In this document: in pieces, positions 20,730 through 30,023 of the stretch
How positions within the stretch are numbered: position 1 is the first letter of the stretch
How the letters are laid out: every line of letters begins with the position of its first letter
NCBI GenBank assembly: GCA_047516145.1
Contig: JAKZVH010000164.1
Location: 1 to 33,594 of the forward strand
Direction: 5' to 3'
Origin: Gammaproteobacteria bacterium
GTDB lineage: Bacteria > Pseudomonadota > Gammaproteobacteria > Steroidobacterales > Rariloculaceae
DNA length: 33,594 nucleotides
Program-made: the position numbers and the translations under genes
The notes under the pieces: generated by a model
What the model was told of the DNA's origin: nothing
Seen by the model: only the letters and a program-made list of their open reading frames with translations
Database searches by the model: none

Positions 20730-20758
20730 CTTGAAAATCGGCGCTCCTCACCCCATCT
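20730..20758 (+). promoter_or_regulatory. Sigma32 (RpoH) heat-shock promoter
   Basis: CTTGAA-N15-CCCCATCT directly upstream of the Hsp20 gene. Confidence 0.88.
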
Positions 20759-20816
20759 CTTTGGCCAACGAGCAAGCCGACAACTTTCGGCTCACGAAAC
20801 GAAACAGGAGGCTGAC

Positions 20817-21272
20817 ATGAACTTGATCCAAGCGGACATTTTCCAGCCCTGGCGCGCCGTCAACCGGCTTCATCGGGACGTGGACAGGTTTTTTCTTCCC
20901 TTGAGGTTCCCGGGCGTACCGGCGAAGTCAACCGCCGATGCGGCGTGGGTGCCGGCCGTGGACATTCGCGAGGAAGACGACCGGTTCGTCATCCACGCCG
21001 ACGTGCCCGGTGTCGACCCGAAGGAACTGAATATCACCATGGAGCAGAACGTGCTCTGCCTGCAGGGAACTCGGGAGACTCACGCGACGGAGTCCGACGG
21101 CGGAGTCCATCGCGCCGAACGCGTTCGCGGACAATTCCGGCGGAGTTTCAGCCTGCCGGAAACTGCCGACCCGGAAGGCATCGCGGCCCAGTACCGAGAC
21201 GGTGTTCTCGAACTCGCCATTGCAAAGCGGCGGCAAGCCGAGCCCAGGCGAATCGAGATCAGCACCGGCTGA
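20817..21272 (+). CDS. Small heat-shock protein (Hsp20/alpha-crystallin)
   Basis: Motifs WVPAVDIRE, ADVPGV, FRRSFSLP and YRDGVLELAI. AGGAGG RBS before ATG20817. Confidence 0.95.
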   Translation: MNLIQADIFQPWRAVNRLHRDVDRFFLPLRFPGVPAKSTADAAWVPAVDIREEDDRFVIHADVPGVDPKELNITMEQNVLCLQGTRETHATESDGGVHRAERVRGQFRRSFSLPETADPEGIAAQYRDGVLELAIAKRRQAEPRRIEISTG

Positions 21273-21319
21273 CCGGTATTCCAGGCGTATTTGAAGCGGT
21301 GATGCACAGCCAGCCGCTT

Positions 21320-21348
21320 GGAACTCCGAACGTCCCACCGACGTCTGC
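21320..21348 (+). promoter_or_regulatory. SigmaE (RpoE)-like promoter
   Basis: GGAACT-N17-GTCTGC upstream of the degP-like gene, a classic sigmaE target. Confidence 0.65.
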
Positions 21349-21388
21349 AACCCAAGCGGTCTGGCACGCATCCTAAAGGGATGAGGAG

Positions 21389-21458
21389 CGAGCCCGCATT
21401 TCTCACCGATGTGCGCAGCGGCCGCCGCAGTAGTAGATTGGTGAGAATTGCGGGCTGG
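21389..21458. repeat. MITE/REP-like repeat copy G (complete), in the degP leader
   Basis: AGCCCGCATTTCTCACCGAT (21391-21410) / ATTGGTGAGAATTGCGGGCT (21437-21456), 18 of 20 complementary. Confidence 0.85.
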
Positions 21459-21503
21459 ATGATCGGCCCGCATCGGGCCGAAGCGGCAACGAAGGTAGAG
21501 CAT

Positions 21504-22901
21504 ATGAACGACAGGCATACGAATGGTATTCGGTGCAGCGCCAGGAACGTGACCGCGCTGTGCCTCGTCGCGAGTCTCGGATTGGCCGGCGCACTGGTTC
21601 AGGCGCAGAGCCTGCCTCCGCAGGTCGGAGGCCAGGAATTGCCCAGCCTGGCGCCCATCATCGACGAAGTTTCCTCCGCCGTGGTGAACATTTCCGTGAG
21701 CGGCAGCGTCACCGCCTCCAATCCATTGTCGCGGGACCCATTCTTCGGACAGTTTCTGCCGCCGCCGGGACGGCGCCAGGTCCAGAGTGCCGGGTCGGGC
21801 GTGATCGTCGATGCGGAGAACGGCTATATCCTCACCAATTTCCATGTCATCGAGAACGCCGACGAGATCACCGTGGCGCTACAGGACGACCGTGCGCTGG
21901 ACGCGACCGTCGTCGGCTCGGATGCCGACTCCGACATCGCGGTCCTGCAGGTGGAACCGGAGGGGCTTGAGGAAATGCCGCTGGGCGATTCCGAGCAGGT
22001 CCGCGTCGGGGATTTCGTCCTCGCCATAGGAAACCCATTCCGCCTGCGGCACACCGTGACATCGGGGATCGTCAGTGGGCTGGGGCGCACCGGCATCAAT
22101 CCGGGGGGCTACGAGGACTTCATCCAGACCGACGCCTCCATCAACCCCGGCAATTCGGGCGGCGCCCTGATCAACCTCAGGGGAGAGCTGATCGGCATCA
22201 ACACGGCCATCTTCTCCGGCAGCGGCGGCAACATCGGGATCGGATTTGCCATTCCGGTCAACATGGCCCGCAGCGTGATGAACCAGATCATCTCATTCGG
22301 CGGCGTACGCCGCGGCCTGTTGGGCGTGAACATCGGCACCGTCACGCCGGCCATCGCGGAAAGCTACGAGCTGGAGAATGCCTCCGGTGCATTCGTCACC
22401 GAGGTGACCTCCGGATCGGCGGCGGATGCGGCCGGCCTGCGGATCGGCGACGTCATCGTCAGCGTCGATGGCGAGACGATGGAAGGGCCCGGGACGCTGC
22501 GAAATACCATCGGTCTGCTACGACCCGGGGATGCGGTTGAAGTAGCCTACGTGCGCGACGGGGAAATCCTCACCACCACCGCGACACTCGGGGAACGGGT
22601 TGCCGCCGCGCTGGCACGGAGTCTTGCCGAGATCGACCCGGAATTCGAAGGCGCCGAGTTCGCAACCAACAGCGAGGCTCAGGAGAACTTCAACGGCACC
22701 GAGGGAGTCCTGGCGACCACCGTGGAACCGGGAAGCCCGGCCTACCTCAACGGTTTGCGAGCGGGGGATGTCATAACCCAGATCAACCGCCAACGCGTGC
22801 GCTCGGTTGACGAGGCACGCGAGATCATCGGCGATGCGCTCTCGTCGGTCATCCTCCAGGTCGCCAGGGGCAACCGCGGCGTATTGATATTGATGCGCTG
22901 A
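21504..22901 (+). CDS. degP: DegP/DegQ (HtrA) periplasmic serine protease with two PDZ domains
   Basis: Signal peptide. Catalytic triad motifs TNFH, DSDIA and QTDASINPGNSGG; also GIGFAIP. degP and degQ cannot be distinguished by eye. Confidence 0.92.
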   Translation: MNDRHTNGIRCSARNVTALCLVASLGLAGALVQAQSLPPQVGGQELPSLAPIIDEVSSAVVNISVSGSVTASNPLSRDPFFGQFLPPPGRRQVQSAGSGVIVDAENGYILTNFHVIENADEITVALQDDRALDATVVGSDADSDIAVLQVEPEGLEEMPLGDSEQVRVGDFVLAIGNPFRLRHTVTSGIVSGLGRTGINPGGYEDFIQTDASINPGNSGGALINLRGELIGINTAIFSGSGGNIGIGFAIPVNMARSVMNQIISFGGVRRGLLGVNIGTVTPAIAESYELENASGAFVTEVTSGSAADAAGLRIGDVIVSVDGETMEGPGTLRNTIGLLRPGDAVEVAYVRDGEILTTTATLGERVAAALARSLAEIDPEFEGAEFATNSEAQENFNGTEGVLATTVEPGSPAYLNGLRAGDVITQINRQRVRSVDEAREIIGDALSSVILQVARGNRGVLILMR

Positions 22902-23081
22902 CGTTTCGTATCCGGAATGCAACCAATGCCGTTTTTTCGACGGCCGGTTCCTTTGCTACCGGTAACGGCAACTCGGCGCTCAATCTCTCGCGTCCGCGGG
23001 AAGCCTATCTGCGTTACCAGCACTGGATTGGAGGCAATTAGTCGCGCGCGGTGGCCCTATCGGCGCTATCGTTCTGAAATG

Positions 23082-23111
23082 ACTGACCCGCTCGATATCG
23101 AGCGGGTCAGT
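23082..23111. terminator. Perfect 30-bp palindrome abutting the pfk stop codon (probable bidirectional terminator hairpin)
   Basis: ACTGACCCGCTCGAT|ATCGAGCGGGTCAGT lies between convergent degP and pfk, followed by TCATTTT on the + strand. Confidence 0.6.
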
Positions 23112-24377
23112 TCATTTTGGGCTGCTTGAACCCGGCCCCAGTCGCGGCGGGACCGCCAGATTGCGTAACCCGCCGTAGCAAGGCAGTCCGCCGCTGTAAG
23201 GGGGATAGTCCTCGCCCTGTATCAGCGGCTCAAGGTACCGCCGGCACGTCTCCGTAATTCCGAAGCCGTCCCCGGTGATGTACTCCCGGGGCATCATTTT
23301 TTCCTGGTTGGCAACCTGGTCGAGCGGGACATGGCCGATCTCCCATCCGTAGGGCGAATCGGATGTGCGCACGATGCTCGTCATGATGGCCGTGTGGCCG
23401 TCGAGCGCGAATTCCACGGCCTTTCGGCCCACGGCGTAGGCTTGCTGGACGTCGACGGCCGAGGCGATGTGCCGTGCCGAACGCTGCAGGTAGTCTGCGA
23501 TCGCGTAGTGGTATTTCAGGCCGAGTTCCCTCTTGACCAGACTTGCCAACGTTGCGGCGACGCCCCCCAATTGCGCGTGTCCGAAAGCGTCACGGGTTCC
23601 GGCGTCAGCCAGAAACCTGCCGTCGGGATGACGCGTGCCCTCCGAAACCGCCACCACGCAATACTCATACCGGTCTACGCATGTCTTGACGCGGGCCAGG
23701 AAGCGCTCCTGGTCGAAGGGTATCTCAGGGAACAGGATGATATGGGGTGCACTGCCCGGGTCCTTGCCGGCCAGTCCCGCCGCGGCCGCGATCCAGCCCG
23801 CATGCCGGCCCATGACCTCGAGAATGAACACCTTGGTTGACGTCCTGGCCATGGAGGCGACGTCGAGTGCGGCTTCCATTGTCTATACGGCCACGTATTT
23901 CGCCACCGAGCCGAATCCCGGGCAGTTGTCCGTGACCGGAAGGTCGTTGTCCACGGTCTTGGGGATCCCGACGCATGTGACCGGGAAGCCGAGTTCACTG
24001 CCCAGTTGCGAGACCTTGTGAGCGGTGTCCATGGAATCGCCGCCGCCGTTGTAGAAGAAATATCCGATATCGTGGGCCTTGAACACTTCGATCAGGCGCT
24101 CGTACTCGGCGCGGTTCTCGTCCAGTCCCTTGAGCTTGTAGCGCGCGGAGCCGAACGCGCCGCCCGGCGTATGCCGCAACGCCGCGATCGCCTGGTCGGT
24201 CTCCTGGCTGGTATCGATCATGTCCTCGGTGAGTGCGCCGATGATTCCATTGCGTCCGGCATATATCTTGCCGATGCGGTCCCGGTGCTTGCGCGCCGTC
24301 TCCAGCACGCCGCAGGCCGAGGCATTGATGACGGCGGTGACGCCGCCGGACTGCGCATAGAAACCGTTTTGCTTCAC
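23112..24377 (-). pseudogene. pfp: 6-phosphofructokinase, PPi-dependent type, interrupted by an in-frame TAG at 23883-23885
   Basis: GTG start with GGGGAGG RBS. Motifs AQSGGVTAVIN, GGGDS, PKTVDND and EVMGRHAGW. The two ORF-track pieces are in one frame: YVAV-TAG-TMEAALD. Confidence 0.88.
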
Positions 24378-24562
24378 GATGTTCCTCCCCGAGAACAAGT
24401 AGTGTTCGGGCGCGCGAAGCATATCAAAGCCGGTGCGACGATTGACCCTATTCGCGACTGCCGCTAGCCTGCGGTTCATCACCGATGAGCGTAGCGACAC
24501 CGCGGCCGAATCAGCAGATTGGCGCGAAGCGCGGGCCAGCCTGCCGAATATTGGAGAAGCGC

Positions 24563-25210
24563 ATGCGAATTGTCTTGCTCGGGGCGCCGGGCTCGGGAAA
24601 GGGAACACAGGCCAGGCGGTTGCAGGCGGACCTGGGTTGGCCCCAGGTTTCCACGGGCGATCTGCTACGCGATGCCGTTCGCGCGGGCACGGACATGGGC
24701 CTGCGCGCCAGGGCTGCCATGGACGCCGGCGACCTGGTGGCAGACGATGTCGTTCTGGGCATCATCAAGGATCGGCTCGAATCCGCGGATGCCGCACAGG
24801 GGTATGTGCTCGACGGATTCCCGAGAAACCAGCCCCAGGCCGAGGCCCTGGAAGATGTCCTCGCCGAACTGGGTCAGGCGCTCGACACGGCGGTGTTCAT
24901 GGACGTCGATCGGGAACTGTTGATGAAGCGGCTCACTGGCCGGCGTACATGTTCCAGGACCGGGAAACTTCTGAACATCTATTTCTCGCCGCCGGAGGAA
25001 TTGGCAGCCTGCACGTCGGCGGGCGGTGCGTTGCTGCAGCGCGACGATGACCGGGAGGAGACGATCAACAATCGCCTCGAGGTCTACCAGCGCGAAACCC
25101 AGCCCCTCATCGACTACTATCGGCGGCGCGGGCTTCTGCGAGTGGTCCGGGCCGAGGGTTCGATCGACGATGTCTACGCCGGGCTCCGCGACGCGCTCGG
25201 CGCCCCCTAG
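24563..25210 (+). CDS. adk: Adenylate kinase (long LID form)
   Basis: Motifs LLGAPGSGKGTQA, STGDLLR, LDGFPRN and QRDDD. GGAG RBS. Confidence 0.96.
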   Translation: MRIVLLGAPGSGKGTQARRLQADLGWPQVSTGDLLRDAVRAGTDMGLRARAAMDAGDLVADDVVLGIIKDRLESADAAQGYVLDGFPRNQPQAEALEDVLAELGQALDTAVFMDVDRELLMKRLTGRRTCSRTGKLLNIYFSPPEELAACTSAGGALLQRDDDREETINNRLEVYQRETQPLIDYYRRRGLLRVVRAEGSIDDVYAGLRDALGAP

Positions 25211-25226
25211 TCAGGGCGGCAGGTCG

Positions 25227-26012
25227 GTGAGCGTCTCCCTGCCGGCCCGCTACGGGAAGTGGGCCGTGGTGGCGGGGGCTTCGGAGGGGCTCGGCGCCGC
25301 TTTCGCCGAACAGCTCGCGGAACGGGGCATGCACCTGGTCCTGGTCGCACGCCGTGGGCGCCTGCTCGAGGAACTCGGGGATCGTCTGAGAGCACAGCAC
25401 GGCGTTGAGGTCCGCTGTCTGGTACTGGACCTCGCCCATCCTGCATTCGCCGGTTCACTCGCGGACGCCGTTGCCGAATTGGAACTCGGGGTACTCATCT
25501 ACAATGCAGCGTACGTACCGGCGGGCCCGTTCATCGACGCTGACAACGCCGCCATCGAACAGGCGGTGGACGTCAACGTCCGGGGGCCGCTGTCGTTCCT
25601 GCGGGCGCTGGTGCCCGCCATGTGCGATCGTGGGCGGGGCGCCGTGGTCTTGATGTCATCGCTTTCCGGACTGCAGGGATCGCCCCACGTCTCCGTCTAC
25701 GCGGCCACCAAGGCGTTCAACATCGTTCTCGCCGAGGGTCTCTGGTACGAGCTGCGCGAGCATGGCATTGACGTTGTCGTGTGCTGTGCCGGCGCGATGC
25801 GAACCCCCGGCTATCTCAGGGCCTTTGACCGTGACGTGCCCGGCATGCTGTCGCCGGAGGAGGCCGCCCGCCGGACACTCGACGCGCTCGGCAAGGGGCC
25901 GCGCCTGGTCCCGGGACGGGTCAATCGGCTGGCGGCGCTACTCATGGGGCGCTGCCTGCCGCGCCGGACGGCGATCCGACTCATCGCCCGGCATACGAAG
26001 CACCTGACATGA
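25227..26012 (+). CDS. Short-chain dehydrogenase/reductase (17beta-HSD/ketoacyl-reductase-like)
   Basis: Motifs YGKWAVVAGASEGLG, LVARR and YAATKAF. GTG start just after adk. Confidence 0.88.
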   Translation: MSVSLPARYGKWAVVAGASEGLGAAFAEQLAERGMHLVLVARRGRLLEELGDRLRAQHGVEVRCLVLDLAHPAFAGSLADAVAELELGVLIYNAAYVPAGPFIDADNAAIEQAVDVNVRGPLSFLRALVPAMCDRGRGAVVLMSSLSGLQGSPHVSVYAATKAFNIVLAEGLWYELREHGIDVVVCCAGAMRTPGYLRAFDRDVPGMLSPEEAARRTLDALGKGPRLVPGRVNRLAALLMGRCLPRRTAIRLIARHTKHLT

Positions 26013-26377
26013 GCGATCAACTCATGGGTTTCTTCGCGCCCCGGGTGATCTTCGCAGGCATTCTCGGGCTGCACCTGGTGCTGCCGGCGCGCCGCGTGGT
26101 GGGCTACGTGCGCGATGCGCACGGCGTGCTTTGCAGCGGATTCTGGGGCGTATCGCGACACGTCAACTACCTGGGCGAGATACTGATGGCCAGCGGGCTG
26201 ACGCTCGCTCTCGGCTGGCCGCCGATGCTCGGCCCCTGGCTGTACCCGCTCTACTACGTAGCGCTGCTCTTCCCGCGCGAACGCGACGACGACCGTCGCT
26301 GCGCGGCAAAGTACGGTCCGCTCTGGGAGCAGTACCGCGAGAAGGTGCCGTGGCGAATCGTGCCGCGGGTCTATTGA
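26009..26377 (+). pseudogene. ERG4/ERG24 sterol-reductase-like (DUF1295-related) membrane protein, internally deleted
   Basis: The C-terminal signature SGFWGVSRHVNYLGE...RDDDRRCAAKYG.LW.QY..KVPWRIVP is joined directly to an N-terminal LHLVLPARRVVGYV segment. Only 122 aa. Confidence 0.7.
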
Positions 26378-26407
26378 AGCAGCCGGACGGCGCAACAAGG
26401 GGGCGTG

Positions 26408-27604
26408 ATGAGAAAGCTCATTATCGGACTGCTCGCACTGATTCGACGAGTGTCGCTGCTGGTGCTGAAGCTGCGCGGCAAGACTCCGGCCGATGTTGCC
26501 GAGCAGCGCGTGGTCAGCGGCCAGGCGTGGGATGAATTCTGCGACACGTTGAAGGCCGCCGGGGCCGCGCTCAATTATCCCGGCGCGCCCCGGGATCCGT
26601 TCAATCAGGCGGAGGGGTACCGGTACTTGAGCCGTCTGACGCGCGGCGGTCTGATGGCATTCGTCGAATACGCCGACCCCAGGGCGCCCGTGCTGCACCG
26701 CGTTGCCGATGAAACGGTCAAGCTGGGTAGCGACAATCCGGACAACTACTATCGGACCGCGGCCGTGCGCGGCGATTTCGAGTACCGGATCTTCGGCCGG
26801 CGCAACACGGTAAAGTATCTGGGATTCGGCACCCAGGCCGGGCACTACGGGCAGGGTGGGGGGATGCCTCCCACCGGTCATGTCGAAGCCGGCGAGTTGC
26901 AGATCGGCGAGGACGGGGACTTCGAATTGATTGTCAGCCGAAATCCGCAGGCAGGGAACTGGCTGCCCATGACCACGGAATCCGGGACGCTGATCGTCCG
27001 CCAGACGTTTCTCGACCGGGAGACCGAGGTACCGGCCGAGTTGCACATCGAGCGCATCAACTGCCCCGATGACGAGAAGCGGCCGAGCCCGCTGACGCCG
27101 GAACAGATCGATGCAGGGCTCAAATCCGCCGGCACGCTGGTGGCGGGCGCCGCGATGCTATTCGCCAATTGGGCTCGCGGCTTCAAGAAGCACAGCAATT
27201 CCCTGCCCATGTTCGATCCGGACGTGTCGCTCGCGGCGGGCGGCGACCCGAACATCGTCTACTACCACAGCCATTGGGCCGTGGCGGCAGACGAAGCCCT
27301 GGTAATCGAAGCCATGCCGCCCGAATGCGAGCACTGGAATTTTCAATTGAACAACTACTGGATGGAATCGCTGGATTATCGCTACCACAACATCCATACC
27401 AACAAGCACCTGGCGCAGTACGAGGACGACGGCTCCGTTCGACTCGTGGTGGCCCACGAGGATCCCGGGCTGCCGAACTGGATCGAGACCGCCGGTCATG
27501 CGTCCGGCACCATGTGTTTCCGCTGGATCAGGGCGGAAGTGCATCCGCAACCCCAAACGCGGCTCGTGAAGCTGTCGGCGCTGCGCGCGCTCCGCAACCG
27601 GTAG
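26408..27604 (+). CDS. DUF1214-like protein (sulfotransferase-associated)
   Basis: Motifs AEGYRYLSRL, GSDNPDNYY, WNFQLNNYWMESLDY and AHEDPGLPNWIET. Confidence 0.82.
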   Translation: MRKLIIGLLALIRRVSLLVLKLRGKTPADVAEQRVVSGQAWDEFCDTLKAAGAALNYPGAPRDPFNQAEGYRYLSRLTRGGLMAFVEYADPRAPVLHRVADETVKLGSDNPDNYYRTAAVRGDFEYRIFGRRNTVKYLGFGTQAGHYGQGGGMPPTGHVEAGELQIGEDGDFELIVSRNPQAGNWLPMTTESGTLIVRQTFLDRETEVPAELHIERINCPDDEKRPSPLTPEQIDAGLKSAGTLVAGAAMLFANWARGFKKHSNSLPMFDPDVSLAAGGDPNIVYYHSHWAVAADEALVIEAMPPECEHWNFQLNNYWMESLDYRYHNIHTNKHLAQYEDDGSVRLVVAHEDPGLPNWIETAGHASGTMCFRWIRAEVHPQPQTRLVKLSALRALRNR

Positions 27605-27614
27605 ACAAGCGGAA

Positions 27615-28898
27615 ATGCGGACTGGATCCTCGCTGCAGACTTCGACGGACTACGGCAACCCGTATCGCCCCCTGGCCGTGTCGATCTTCAACCGGGCCGG
27701 ACGCCTGGCCCGGACGTTCGGGCTTGGCGATGGCCTCGACGTCGACCGGATGATCGCCGCGGCCAGGCGGCGGACGGGACTCTCGGACTTCGGCGACGAG
27801 TTGTTTCTGGAACCCCTGAGCGTTCTCGTCCAATCAATCAACGATGAAGCGAGGCTGACCCCGTTGGGCATCGGGATCCAGCACTCGCGAATCGTATCGG
27901 CCCTGTCGATCCGGTTGCGCGTGGAGCATCTATTGCGGAGCAACCCGGAGATTCTCGACATCGACCTCGGGAAGATCGTCCTGATCGCCGGATTGCAGCG
28001 TACCGCAACCACGACGCTGCACCGGCTGATCGCGGCGGACCCCCGGGTGCGCGAACTGCGATCGTGGGAAGCGCTGAATCCGGTTCCGTTGCCTGGCGAA
28101 CGGAAGGGCGATCCCCGGCGCCGCATACGGCAGGCGAAATTCGCGGCACGCACGATCGGTTTCCTGGCGCCGGAGTTTTTCGCCGTTCATCCCGTCGAAC
28201 ACGACGCGCCGGAAGAAGAGATTTTCCTGCTCGACCTGTCGTTCATGAGCCAGTCGCCGGAAGCGGCCATGCACGTGCCGCGCTACGCAGCGTGGCTGGA
28301 AGATCAGGATCACACGAGATGCTACGAATACCTTCTTGTCCTGCTCAAGATCCTGCATTGGCAGCGCCCGGGCGCCTGCTGGGTGCTGAAGACGCCTCAT
28401 CACATGGAGCATCTGGATGTCGTTCTCGATGTCTTGCCGGACGTCTGCATCGTCCAGACACATCGCGATCCAAAGCAATCCATACCGTCGTTCTGCAGCA
28501 TGGTGGCTCATGGGCGCGGCATCCTGAGCGACCACGTGGATCCCGGGGAGATAGCCGGGCACTGGATGCGCAAGATTCACCGGATGATGGCGCGCTCGAT
28601 AGTCGTGCGCAGAGCGGCGGCCGATAGCGCGTTTGTCGACGTGTCGTATTACGATCTGCTCCGCGATCCGATCGGCGAATTGCGAAAGGTCTATGGAGCC
28701 GCGGAACTTGAATTCACCGAAGAAGCCAGGAACGCCGTCAAGTCCGTCTCTGGACGGAACGTGAAGAATCGCTACGGCAAGCACGTCTATCCGATGGCCC
28801 GCTTCGGTCTCGACGACACGACCATCGACGCGACCTGCGAATTCTACCGGCGCGAATATCGGATACCCGACGAATCGACCATGTCACGGCAAGATTGA
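27615..28898 (+). CDS. PAPS-dependent sulfotransferase (mycobacterial Stf-like)
   Basis: 5'-PSB motif GLQRTATT, plus WVLKTPHH, QTHRDP and SFCSM. Confidence 0.9.
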   Translation: MRTGSSLQTSTDYGNPYRPLAVSIFNRAGRLARTFGLGDGLDVDRMIAAARRRTGLSDFGDELFLEPLSVLVQSINDEARLTPLGIGIQHSRIVSALSIRLRVEHLLRSNPEILDIDLGKIVLIAGLQRTATTTLHRLIAADPRVRELRSWEALNPVPLPGERKGDPRRRIRQAKFAARTIGFLAPEFFAVHPVEHDAPEEEIFLLDLSFMSQSPEAAMHVPRYAAWLEDQDHTRCYEYLLVLLKILHWQRPGACWVLKTPHHMEHLDVVLDVLPDVCIVQTHRDPKQSIPSFCSMVAHGRGILSDHVDPGEIAGHWMRKIHRMMARSIVVRRAAADSAFVDVSYYDLLRDPIGELRKVYGAAELEFTEEARNAVKSVSGRNVKNRYGKHVYPMARFGLDDTTIDATCEFYRREYRIPDESTMSRQD

Positions 28899-29965
28899 TG
28901 GCGCCCCGCGACGCGCGCCGGAGCGAGATGCGGACTGCGAAACACAACAGGATCCTTGGCGCGGTATCGAGTGCCATCGTCGATCGATTCTCACAACGGG
29001 AAACGCTCAGTCCCGTGCCGGAACGCGTGCGCATCGACGGCAAGGTCTGTTTGATCACCGGCGCCAACAGCGGGCTTGGCAAGGCCGTGGCGGTGGACCT
29101 GGCGAGGCGCGGCGGACAGGTCCTCATGGCCTGTCGCGGCGGCCATCCGGATGCCGGCGAAGACGTCAGGCGATTGTCCGGTTGCGGCAAGGTTCGGATG
29201 CTCAGGGTCGATCTCGCCGATCTCGACTCCGTGCACGCGCTCTGCGACACGCTCAAACGCGACGGCGTCCAGATCGACATCATCGTTCTGAACGCCGGCT
29301 TGATGCCATTGAGCGCGCGCCGGTCATCGCAGGGCTACGAGGTGATGTTCGCGGTGCATTTTCTCGCCAATCGAGTGCTGATCGACCGGCTCTTGGCGGA
29401 CGGGACGATTCGACCGTCCAGCCGTCCGGAGGAAACGCCGCGAATCGTAATCGTCGCGTCCGAGGCCCATCGATCCGCCGGCCCGATCGACTTCGACACG
29501 TTCGGCGCCTACTCCGACTACGGTCTGAAGGGCGGCTTGAAATCCTACGGATTGAGCAAACTGCACCTGTGCACCTATGCGCAGGAGCTATCGCGCCGGC
29601 TGAACCCGGACGGCGAGATACGGGCCGCGGTGAATGCGCTCTGCGCGGGGGCGGTCAACTCCAACATCGCGCGGGAAGCGCCGGCGTTTCTCAAGCCGCT
29701 GCTTTACCCGGTCATGCGCCTGCTGTTCGCGACGCCCGAGAAAGCCGCGGCTCCGGTCACCTATGCATGTTGCGCCGAGGAGATGGGACGGCGCAGCGGT
29801 GTCTACCTGCACCTGATGCGGGAGAAAGAGGCGTCTCCGCTTGCCATGGACGAGACCGCCGGCAAGCGGCTGTGGCAGGCGAGCGAGGCGCTCGTGGCGA
29901 AACATGCGCCCGGAGGCAAAACGGAGGTCGACGCATGCAAATCCGGTAGGCGCGACTCGTCGTGA
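28895..29965 (+). CDS. Short-chain dehydrogenase/reductase (retinol-dehydrogenase-like)
   Basis: Motifs ITGANSGLG, LNAG and YGLSK. The start may instead be ATG28928. Confidence 0.88.
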   Translation: MMAPRDARRSEMRTAKHNRILGAVSSAIVDRFSQRETLSPVPERVRIDGKVCLITGANSGLGKAVAVDLARRGGQVLMACRGGHPDAGEDVRRLSGCGKVRMLRVDLADLDSVHALCDTLKRDGVQIDIIVLNAGLMPLSARRSSQGYEVMFAVHFLANRVLIDRLLADGTIRPSSRPEETPRIVIVASEAHRSAGPIDFDTFGAYSDYGLKGGLKSYGLSKLHLCTYAQELSRRLNPDGEIRAAVNALCAGAVNSNIAREAPAFLKPLLYPVMRLLFATPEKAAAPVTYACCAEEMGRRSGVYLHLMREKEASPLAMDETAGKRLWQASEALVAKHAPGGKTEVDACKSGRRDSS

Positions 29966-30023
29966 AAACCGGAACTGGTCGAAGCCTCGCCCGGCGAACA
30001 ACGTATTTCAGGGAGGAATCGCC

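Noticed and set aside
20759-20816. ROSE RNA thermometer in the Hsp20 5' UTR
   Set aside because: A small hairpin (AGCCGA/TCGGCT) exists, but there is no U(U/C)GCU motif pairing with the AGGAGG SD.
17248-23885. Genome-wide TAG recoding (alternative code or pyrrolysine) as the explanation for the two in-frame ambers
   Set aside because: TAG ends hppA, pcm, tolC, adk, the DUF1214-like gene and rnd at their expected C-termini. The two internal TAGs also appear to replace different residues. Only low-level suppression remains possible.
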